Assembly (NCBI GenBank): GCA_054661495.1
Contig: BAAFSQ010000032.1
Span: 1 to 32,000 of the forward strand
Length of the DNA stretch: 32,000 nucleotides
From: Zygophlyctis sp. KS116
Lineage: Eukaryota; Fungi; Chytridiomycota
Direction: 5' to 3'
A program made the translations under genes and the position numbers. Shown here one piece after another: positions 10,640 through 22,582 of this stretch. The notes beneath the pieces are model-generated. The model had not been told where the DNA came from and did no database searches. It saw only the letters and a list, made by a program, of their open reading frames with translations. Every line of letters begins with the position of its first letter. Position 1 is the stretch's first letter.

Positions 10640-12410
10640 CTAAAATCCTAAAGCGTCCTTAACTTTGAGAGCTTCAGAGTATAATCGTGTATTTTTGTAT
10701 ATTTGAGAAGATGCAGTGCCTTTTGGATCTGATTTCTCAGATGCTAGTCTAAGAACAGGTACGGCTTGTTGGATAACATCAACTTTTGGATCTAATCTAC
10801 GGCCTATTCCTTCGATAAGTCCAATTCCCATAATCACATTAACAAAATCACCTTCAAGTTTAACATGATGACACCGAACTAAATTCAGCATTGTGCCCAA
10901 AATACTTCCAATATTAAGATGTTGTAAAGAGGTTGCCTTGGATTTTACAGTTGATAAGAATTCTTCCATTTTCAGGATGAATTCTTCCGTATTAATGACA
11001 GAAGCTGGAGTTCGTGATCTTTCAATCATGAGATTAGCAATAAGTTTTCCGTCAAACTTTGTAATTGCATTGAAAAGATCTAAAAAGTTTGTTAAATTTT
11101 TGTCTGAGAGAGAAGTTACTAATCCTACATCTATAAAAACTAATTTTGGAATATAACCAATGTCATGAAGAGATTTTATCCGTTTTTGCCAATCAATAGG
11201 ATCTGAAATTTCATTCAACTGATTCATTAATGAGGAAACTGAATTTTCTAAAGTTGAAGGTGGAGTCAATGTGACTAATATATTTCCAGGATGCAAATCA
11301 GCATGTACAAAATTATCCAAAATTAGCATTTTCTAGTAAATATTAAATCTTTAAAAATACCAGAAATCCATCTAGTCCAAATCTTGCTAATTGAGAATCC
11401 ATTACACTTGGCCCCAACTGCAAGAATTTATCTATGGATACAGCAGGTATATATTCTTCAACCAAAATTTCTTTTTGTACAAAATCATCCCATATTTTTG
11501 GAAAATTGACAGTTTTTATATTCTTAAATCTCTTGTGAAAATTCTTCAAATTTTGAGCCTCTATTCTTAAATCTGATTGACATCGCATCATTCCAGCAAA
11601 AGTTTGAACTTCTTCCACCAGGGACAACCACTCCACGCCAGGAATATATGAAATCATTTTAGCAACAGATTCCATAATCTTGAGATCTATTATAATTCTG
11701 GATTCAACTCCAGGATGTAAAACTTTAATTGCAACTTCTTCTTCATAATGCCTTAATCTCCCTCTATAAACCTGAGCGATACTACCAACTCCAACAGGAT
11801 TTTCATCTAAAATGTCTATAATATCATTCCAAAAAGGTCCATATGAATTTTCAAATATATTCCTTGTTACTTTGAAAGAATGTGGATGAATATTACTTTG
11901 CAACCTGGCAAGTAATACACAAACTTGAGGCGAAAACAAATCTGATCTAGTGCTAGCCCATTGTCCCAACTAATGATTTAAAAACCAAAATCTCACCTTT
12001 ATAAATGTCGGTCCCATATTTTCCAAAGTCCAACAGACCAGTCTGATCATTGTGTCTCTTAATGCATCTGATTTCAAAATGTACTCATACAAGATCCAAA
12101 CAGGAAACAAAACCAATGCAGGCGTCATGATCAAACCCAGATAAAGCATTCTTAACAATAACCTTAGAGAGCTGACTTCAAACGGCTCTACAGGATAAGT
12201 AATTGTAAGCGGTGCCTCTCTTTGAGTTTCTTCTTGGTTGATCTGAGACATGTACCAAGCAGTTATCGGAGTTCCGATCAAAGCAATTCCAGTTGGAGAT
12301 CCAAATGATCGACTAAACGGTGAAGTCATCTGTAAAGGCCGATAAAAAGAGGACCAACTACGCTTCATAGACTTAACATTTTTCACTTGAGCAAACAATC
12401 GACGATTCAT
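10640..12410 (-). CDS. ABC1/UbiB atypical kinase (ADCK2/Cqd1-like), probably mitochondrial
   Basis: GPTFIK|LGQWASTRSDLF, GSIAQVY, VAIKVLHP, DNFVHADLHPGNI and FIDVGL. Introns 11970-11996 and 11333-11360. Confidence 0.9.
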
Positions 12411-12599
12411 ACTATCGAATGACCTACGCTTTGACGCTGACGCCAATTGAAAACCGTTGGAAATTCAATTGTTTGTAATACAGAGATCCTTCAATAACAA
12501 ACCGAAATTGATACTCTGAAAAGAGGAATTAACGAAATTGATGGTCGATCAAAAAAATAGAATCAGCCTAAACTGAATTTGAATCGGACAGTTATTGAA

Positions 12600-13007
12600 T
12601 TCTGCAAATATTCGACTTAATGCCAAGACAAATGAATTAACTGCTGCTAGTCATATATACATTGAACTATGGAATCAAAAAAAATTGAATCTCTCTTGTC
12701 ATAGAGGTATGTCTGATTAGTTGTATGCTTCGGACTTTTACAGATGGATGGAATCTTTGGGCGGACAAGATTGTTTGCTTACTCTACTGCTTATTGATGA
12801 GTATAATTCATTTCCTAAGGTTTCTCGAGATCAAGTCTCCTAGAACAAATGAACCATCTAAACAACTTTAGTCGTAAAACTCAACGTACATTTAAATCTA
12901 TAGTATTTGCGGGAACATTTTCTATTATTACTATACAATCACAATTGGAAAGTTCAGAAAATGTTATCTCCCAGTGGTGCAAATCTCGTGTAGTCATTTA
13001 TTTCTAA
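12600..13007 (+). pseudogene. Decayed P-loop NTPase fragment (AAA-like, as found in Crinkler-type proteins)
   Basis: Frame from 12721 reads ...LLTLLLIDEYNSFPKVSRDQVS* (Walker B-like). A shifted frame, 12840-13007, continues LEQMNHLNN...TFKSIVFAGTFSII...ISQW. It carries in-frame stops and a frameshift. Confidence 0.5.
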
Positions 13008-13074
13008 ACTGGACAACTTTTGTTTGTCCGACACTGATTTTCACCAAATATTCTACAATTCATTTTATCCTGTG

Positions 13075-14093
<1,019 letters not shown>

Positions 14094-14211
14094 CTAGACT
14101 GTAAAACTCTTTTTCAGCGTCAGAATTTAGCGCTAGTTTCAGCTCGAGGTTCTACACCCTTTAGACTCAAGTGGACAAGAAAACTCAAAAATCTTAAATT
14201 CCAGCCAAGTT

Positions 14212-14745
<534 letters not shown>

Positions 14746-14782
14746 TTATGCAGTGATTTTAGGTCTTGGTTTGAACCATCGA

Positions 14783-15451
14783 ATGACTGTGGCACTTCCT
14801 TGCATTCTCTTATCTTATCAATCTTCTGTATATGCATCTTTTGCTCCCCTGCTTCTTTTAAATGGATCAACTTCTAATCCAAAGGATGTGTTTTTTGTAG
14901 ATTCTAAAGATCTCTTTTATGGATCTATTGATGAATTCATTTTTGTCCTTTTAAAGAGTTTACATATAAATACTGATGTTATCTTACATTTTCAAGATAT
15001 GGATCTAGATTTACATTCAGACTCTTACATGACTGGACAATTATCACTACAAGAGATTCATAATGTGTATAAAGACTTGAGACTAGTTCAAAATTATACG
15101 CTAGACAAGATTCCACCGCTAAAAGTAAAGATTTTGGAAATGGTAATTTTGACAAATTTATTCTAGTCTTCTTGCTTTAAAAATCAGTTTTATAAACTGA
15201 AACAGGATAATTTAGACTCTCTAAAGTCAAAGAGACATAATCCATATCTAAATAAAGGGGATGAAGAGAATCCGATTGCGATTGAAGATGATAAGGATTT
15301 AGATCAGGATGATCAAGTCATTATAATTGATGATGATGATGATCATGTTCAGAAATTAACTCGTCCATTTATAAAGAGGAGAAGGAGAGGGATAAAGATT
15401 GTTTGTAAAGACTTGCGTGGATCAAGTCAAATTTCACGGTTTTTAAGATAA
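14783..15451 (+). CDS. DUF2420/Rmr1-like fungal protein with acidic tail
   Basis: ATG at 14783; the 24-nt intron 15143-15166 removes the stop and extends into an acidic tail (PIAIED, VIIIDDDDD) and a basic KRRRR. The family call comes from recalled pattern only. Confidence 0.55.
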
Positions 15452-15456
15452 TAAAT

Positions 15457-17157
15457 TTAATGAGAATACCAATGGTTGAAATTAAGGCGGCATAAAAAGC
15501 TTGAAGCCTCTGGTAGTCCTGCAAATACCTTTAAAAGGAAATTTAAGTCTCTGTCAAATTCAAGTGTCAATTCGAGTTTGGATTCAAATGATTCAGATCC
15601 ATTCATTATTGACACTAGTTGATTAATGGTGCTGAGAAGGTTATTGAGTCGTACAAGAGCAAGTCTGTTGCGCAGAAAACATCCTATTTCTATTTCATCC
15701 AAGAATTTATCATGCCTTTCAAGCATTTCATGGTAATTTAATAGATCCAAGCATGAGAGTAATTGAGAATATTTTACAGTTATTAGATCCATTTGAACAT
15801 AGGACCAAAAAGAATTGATGAATTCTGTAATTTTTCTTTTTAAAATCACATCTTCCTTGTTGAGTACTTTCAATGCAAAAAGGCTGTTAACTCTAGTCTG
15901 AGAGAATTTGATTTTAACTAGAAATTTGTTAATTTTACTATATCGCTGAACTTCTGTAGGAGTGAAAAATAGAGATTGTTCCTGTGGAACGTCTAACCAT
16001 AGAACTCGTTCATTGTAATCAGCGATTTCTTGGGGAGCAGCTTTTGGAGCAGTTATACTAAATGCACCAAACTTGAAATCTTCCAAAATTGCCATGGTAT
16101 CTTCTATAAATAAATTACTACTTTAAACGTACCTCGAATTCCTTCAAATTCCAAACATTTAAGTGAATTATGGAGAGAAACAATAAGATCCTCCCTTCCG
16201 CCAAGAAAAGATTCTCTAATCACTGATAAACATTTTAATAAGCCATTATGTTTGAGATATTGTGACATATTCGTTGAAAATGAAATGTGAATTTCCTTAA
16301 TTCTTATTTGTAATCTGAAAGAATCAAAATTAATAGTCTGAGGGAAACTCGAAATAGATTCCCTTACAAATTCATCCCAGTCATTTTTATTCCTGAATTG
16401 AGCCTGACGATTCTTAAATAGTGTATAAACTAAATTTCCAATTTCATACATCATTGTGACAGATTCTTTTGAAATAAATGACGGAATTGATTCAATTATT
16501 TTATACTCTGTTTCCATAAAGTTCTTACATTCCTTTGATGGAATGATCAGAAATTCAGAGTAAGGATCATACACTTGACCTTTTATTACCCAATCTTGCA
16601 ACTGATTCATAAAAACATGTGTTAATGATTCATTTAATCTAAAGTCAACTAAAGACATCTGTACCTAGAGACTAATTGATGTACATTTGGATCCCCGACA
16701 TTAAAATTAACAAGCCAGTCTAAAATTGCAATTCCATGATAATTTTGCAGAATATCGCATAGAAAAATATGAATAAATTCAAGCCTTTTTAAATGCTATA
16801 TTTACTAAGAAAATAGTTTACCAATGAAAATATAGTTTCTAAATGTGTTAAGCTATAAAATTCATTCTTGACAACTATTTCCCTTTCGCATTTAATAATA
16901 TCATCATAGTATTCAGCAATAATCGGATTTATAGTAAATGTAACAGCATCTGCATACAATCCATGCGGCCTTTTGCAATTATTAATTTCATTGACAAGAG
17001 CTCCGCATGCAGTTATTCTCTGCATGGCTTCTACTTCTGCAGGATGGCAGGCCTGGGCAGATGTTACAGTGACAATAGATTTGGGATACTTACTGTTATC
17101 AAAGTAGAATACATCGCCTTCAACGCCAGCTAGACTTATCAATAAGTTATTAATCAT
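15457..17157 (-). CDS. Gamma-tubulin complex component, GCP4-like
   Basis: MINNLLISLAG, HPAE, HGIAIL, QLQDW..GQVYDPYSEF, FWSYVQMD and C-terminal FLCRLNFNHWY. Introns 16796-16821, 16639-16664 and 16104-16132. Confidence 0.85.
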
Positions 17158-17315
17158 GCGGAAGTTGCAGCCAATATTTCGGACTTTTAACATTTGATGC
17201 AATCCCTGCTATCAGCACAATTTGGAGTCTAATCAGCAATGCATTCCCTTCCTTCAGTAATTATTATTTTAGAGTCTCACAAAACGCCTTGTTGACATCC
17301 ACCCCCTCCTTGAAA

Positions 17316-18014
17316 ATGTTTCTCGTTGAACTTGGATTGCTCGCTACAGGTGTTAGTGCTGGTGGATGGAATCGCAGAGTATATTATGATGCATTGGGAT
17401 GCAAAGGGAATTTAGTCCATGGGATAATGGTCTATCAGTCTCCAAATTGTGCTGCCAGTAATTCAGTGGTAAACTCTGCTTGCGAAGATAAATCTTCTCA
17501 AAATCCTCTTAGCTCTGAAGGAACTTCTTGTGAAACAGTTGGTACTCCTAATGATGCAACTTACTTTCCTCCAGCAGATCAGGCTGGTAAAGTCTCTACT
17601 TATGTGATCATCAATAAGTATCTTGGAACAGAATGTTCAGGAATAAGTGATGGATTTGAGCAAAGATCTATTGCAGCTGATGGAAAATGTTATGCAGATG
17701 AAAGAGGATCTTACTTTAAGGCTACTTGTAATGGTCAATCATCCACAGTTTTTACTTACTGCAAAGATGCCTCGTGCAATGAATGTACTACGGATACTTT
17801 TGATGGGTCATGTCAGAAATCTACAAATGGTCTGGCAGTAAGAGGCTTTTGTACTAACTCTGCAAATGTTGGCTCTCCGACTTCTGAAACGACAACATCA
17901 GGACAGACTGGAAAGACATCTGCTACAGGATCTACTCAGAAAAATTCTGTTGCATCTCCTGACAGGACTGTTTTAGGATTGATCCTTGGGATTCTGTCTG
18001 CTTTTATCCTTTAA
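17316..18014 (+). CDS. Secreted Cys-rich protein with Ser/Thr stalk and predicted GPI anchor (intronless)
   Basis: Signal peptide MFLVELGLLATGVSA, about 12 Cys, a Thr/Ser-rich linker, NS omega-like site and a hydrophobic C-terminus. Confidence 0.8.
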   Translation: MFLVELGLLATGVSAGGWNRRVYYDALGCKGNLVHGIMVYQSPNCAASNSVVNSACEDKSSQNPLSSEGTSCETVGTPNDATYFPPADQAGKVSTYVIINKYLGTECSGISDGFEQRSIAADGKCYADERGSYFKATCNGQSSTVFTYCKDASCNECTTDTFDGSCQKSTNGLAVRGFCTNSANVGSPTSETTTSGQTGKTSATGSTQKNSVASPDRTVLGLILGILSAFIL

Positions 18015-18038
18015 AAAATAAATCAGATCTTTTATTTT

Positions 18039-21000
18039 TTAATTATCATTTACAATTCTTCGGCGTGAAGACCTCTTGGCAGGGGTAGATACCTTTGATT
18101 GCGTTCCAGTTTCTTCCTTGACACGGCGAGGCTTTGCCTTGATTGTTGAAGCTTTAGTCATTGGTGTCTTTGGAGTGTTTTCTTGAACATCTTCATCAGA
18201 TGCTGAATTGTCACATAAACTTTGCTTCTTTCGGACAACTAAAACATCAATGAGAAAATTTACCCTTGATAGACTTTGGTTCCTTGTTTAAATGGTTTTG
18301 ATCCTTCAAAGAAAGTGTAGCCATAGCTTCCGCAGCAGTATTAAGGTCTAGATTCATTTTTTGGCTTATTGACTTGTGCTTTTCGGATTGCGCATTGGTT
18401 GTTGCTTCGTGATTTTCCATTGCTTTTTTATGCATTTCTTTCAGTTTTTCTTCCAGTGAATCTACATAAAGCTTTATCTCTGCTTTCACGGGAGGCTTTC
18501 TGGTCTAATAGTTTAGTCCTTGAAATTAAATACTTTGGCCAAGATTTCCAAAAATAGTTTATAGACAAATGGTTCATAAAGCTTGTCCTGATACAAAACC
18601 GAATGTTCATCTAGTTTTTTTAAGCTTTTTTCAGAATTATATGATAATAGAGAAAGACAGTATGCAATATCCCGCCATTGCCTTTCGGTATCAGCATTAC
18701 GGAATCTTTGGCATAATTTATCAACAATGCTTTCAGTTTGTTTATCCTTGGAGTAAGTAGAGTATCTAGGTACCTTTTTAATAAATTCTAGCAGAAATTT
18801 CATAATTGTCTTAAAAGTTTCTTCGTTCACTCCTGTTTTCGGATGTGATAAATTACTAATAACATCCGGTAGATTATTATATACTGCATTATCTTTAGTC
18901 GAAAGCTCAGTAAAAAACAGCTTTGCAAGATCACTTATCTTCTTGTCAGGATCTTCTAAACATTTGGCCATTTCACTGATCTGGCCTTTAACCTTAATCA
19001 TTCCATTTAATATCAGAAATGTCAATACCATTAATGCATTCTTCTTGACGTGTACATCTTCATCAGATAGGCGATTATAAAGATAAGAGACATTTTGATC
19101 AATTAATGTATTGAAGCAGATGGCAATGTCTCCTAGACCGATGATGATATTACTTTTGATGATGGGGTCTTTCGTTTTTTCAAGAATAGTTAGTAAAAGC
19201 TGAAGGTGAGAATCGCAAAATTCTGAGCTAATGCACATAAATTTGCAGAGAGCTAAAACTGCCATATTCTGAAGAATGGGATCCTACCAAATTAATTTGA
19301 AAAACAAATACATTAAAAGACCGATTATGTAGGCAGATAAATGATATCATAGGCCCAAAGATAGCTAGTAACGCTTTTTCACCATACAGAAGTTCCCTCT
19401 CTCGTATATGTATGATCCTCTCTGAAAATTCATCTTCAGCGGTACCATTAACTTGTTCAAGATCATCAGAAGATTTTGTGATATCTTTTTTCTCTATAAT
19501 AATGTCAGAAAGTTGAAACGTACCAAGATATTTTCGCCTTTTCCATTCAGCTTCGATCGCTTCTAAATGTACAATCTCTTTAACCGCTACATGTCCTACC
19601 ATGAAACATAGTTTTGACAAATTCAAAGCACTTATACTATTCTGGGAGTTATTTTCTTGATTGTCATCAGCAATATCGTAAGTGCCTTCTGTACTGATCT
19701 GCCCCATTTCCTGCAAAATAGATGGTCCATTTAACGCTTCTGCAGCATCCAAGCTGAAAACTTTTGAAGCAAAAACTTTTATCAAAGTTCCACAAATCGA
19801 ATCTGGCTTGTCTGCACAGGCATAAATAGCATTAATAGCCTGTTCTGTAAATTCAAACCTAAAATGTTCAAAAAATTATAATTCCATACCAGTATTCGGA
19901 ATTCTCCACTTCGAGTATTAAAGAAGTCAGCTGTGTAAAGATAGCGTTTGTTGGTGGGAATCGTGTCGGAGGAGCTGCCAATGATCCTTTTTTATTAATT
20001 GTTTTTGGAAACATACCTTTTTCTCTTTTTGACGACGAGAGTTGCTGCAGGGCGATACATGTATGCTTTGCCAAAAGTAAATCATCCTGTATGTTGATAA
20101 AGCTAGAAATACCTTTGCTGCTTCCCCAATACCAATTTTTACCAAGATATCCATATTATTGGACAATATTTCTTTGTCTGCTCTTCCAGTCATGCTCAAA
20201 ATAATCAATGCACCACGTCGTATATTCGGAGGAATATCTTGCTTTTTCGACGCTCGAAATGAGAATATCAATTATATACCAAATATTGACCATAAAACAT
20301 TTAGCACTGAATAATCAAATTCTTCGCTTGATACCATTACAGCAATCAATTGTTCTAAAGAAGTCTGTTCGGCCAATGACATATTTAATGTTAAACTAAT
20401 AGTTAAAATATCTTGCATATACTTGATCAAATTATTGGCGATAACCTGTTCTTTTGGAGCACTTGAAGGTGGCGGATCCATAAATATGGCTTTGTAGCTT
20501 CTTATTAGATTTTCTCTTATGCTTCCAACCTCTGAATCAGATGTTTCTTTATCCCATATTTTGTGAACCATATATTTTACTCCTGACTGTAATTGTATTA
20601 TTTAGTTATTACATACCATAGCGCATTCCATTTCAAATCTGTATGCAGTAACAAAAAAATGCATCGTTTCAACAACTTCTCCTTTTGTGTTGGATGCCAA
20701 AAGAGTGATCAAATGCGGCACTGCATTCTCAATTTGCTTAATAAACACGATTCCTGCTGTATAATATTGAAGCAAGGTGATATACTGCACAAGCTCCTTG
20801 TCCGATTTCTGAGGATCTTGAGAAGCAGGATTTTCTTCAAGGCTTTCTACCACAACTGTTGCTTAAAATTAAGCTATAATTTTCTTACATTTCTGAAGCA
20901 AGGATTCTTTCTCATTATCTTCCTGGATATCCATAGTTTCCTCATCTTCGTGAGCTATGGCCACTTCAGGAACTACAGGACATTGTGCCTAGCCTATGAT

Positions 21001-22558
21001 AATCTAAAAGATACCTTCAATTTATCTTCCAATTTCTTTCGTTTATCTTCGAAAAAAGAAAGCGATAATGCTCCTTTATCTTCGGCAATACAAGTATACG
21101 GTGATTGTTCAATGCTTCGAGCGAGAAACTTTATAGATGCTTTTCTTACATTACTAGATTTATCCTTCAATCTTCCAATCACTAATGACATGATTGTTGG
21201 CTGAAGTTTGATCGGGATACATGTAGATCCAGGCGATCTTAATCTGATTCTTTAGTCTAATTTAATTAAATACTCTGCCAATTTTGTTAATACATTGACG
21301 ACCTTGACTCGGACATATGAATTGGTATCTCTGAACCTTTCCATCAGAACATCGTAGTATGAATGAAGTGAGGATCGGGCAGAATCGGAATCTTCAGATG
21401 ACAATTTTTGAATCAAATTTCCCAAAACTTCCAGCATTGCGCACCGGATTATATACGACTAACATTTATCATCAAGAAAATACCTCTGAATCTATCTGAT
21501 TTTGCAAATGAACCATTCCTTTTTGAACTTGTATAGGAAGATCTTCTGATAATTGCACAACAAATTTAGCAAACGCTTTTGAGGATCTTGAATCTTCTCC
21601 AAAAACAATTTCACTTGTTTTTCTATATAACTGATTCCAAAAAATGTTACATTATAATTCCATCTACTACTACTGTATTATCATAAGTCTTTGCCAAATT
21701 GGCCAAGAAATCCGCCACAAATCCGGCCAGATGTTCTTCCCTTAAATAATCTTGAACCATTCTAGCTTGAACTGTACTTCTTGTTCCTTTTTCATGCTTT
21801 GTGACGATCGATGAATATATATCTATTATTCCATTTTTAATCTTTTCGTCCTTCACAGAGTCTGGTGATTCCAAAATCAAAGATATTGCTCTAGTTAAAA
21901 TACTATTTCAAGTTAATAAATAACTCCTACTTTATAAAACTTTCATAGTCTGTTGCTTGCAAGAATAGCCTGCCCAACTCTAATTGCAACACGTTTTCTA
22001 CTACCTCCAGAAGCGCTGAAATTGTAGAGCTGACCCGTTTTGAATCACTCTTCTTTCCAGTACTCTAAATAATTAAGTTTTAAATTCGATTTCAATATCG
22101 TCCATGTCCGATCATACTAGATGCGACGCGTCTTGGAAATAGCATACCTTTAAGCTCTCGGATTCAATGACAAAAATACAGATATACCATAAGATTGCAT
22201 ACATTCCTAGTGCGGCTTTATCCAATTCAAAATTGTGCGAGCAAGATTCTGCGAGGTCCGATGTAGCTGTAGCGACTTGTGCATTGAAGACTGTAATAAG
22301 GAAATCAATAAATTCGTATAATTCATCCTGCTTTAAACCGTATCTTGCATTATAAAGATGAATTTTACTCTAGTAACTTCTTGAGATTATCATAAACTTG
22401 AACGATTGCATTTGAGTCCTGCAAAAGCAACGCCATTTCTAAAGATATTATCGGACGTCGACATTACCTTCTTGGCTATGCTGCCATTGAGACACTGGAG
22501 ACTCAGGATAAGCAAACGTTAGTATTTCTTGATATTCTCTATTTATATCAAAATCCAT
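18039..22558 (-). CDS. YCS4: Condensin I HEAT subunit (Ycs4/Cnd1/NCAPD2)
   Basis: ERFRDTNSYVR, RLKDKSSNVRK, TSLEQL, RRGALIIL, ALCKFMCIS, LTFLILNGMIKVKGQ and YNNLPD. Twenty introns predicted: 22439-22467, 22344-22368, 22065-22147, 21903-21930, 21623-21650, 21459-21483, ~21244-21273, 20989-21014, 20862-20888, 20587-20616, 20396-20422, 20253-20279, 20087-20112, 19987-20016, 19859-19889, 19494-19523, 19284-19311, 18747-18773, 18505-18533, 18239-18263. Confidence 0.93.
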
Positions 22559-22582
22559 AAATTTCTTTAATATAACGGAACT

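Noticed and set aside
16659-16684. Alternative GCP4 intron of 20 or 26 nt starting GTACAT
   Set aside because: Intron 16639-16664 has a better donor context and branch motif and gives a more GCP4-like sequence (GDPNVHQLVSRLNESLTHVF).
20593-21204. 203-aa plus-strand ORF
   Set aside because: Antisense shadow of YCS4 with no recognisable motif and a non-ATG start.
22065-22147. Stwintron or recursive splicing through the internal CTAGTATGA (shared G)
   Set aside because: The two-step path removes 84 nt and breaks the frame unless a GAG acceptor 2 nt further on is used; the single 83-nt excision is in frame. No canonical C/D boxes are visible either.
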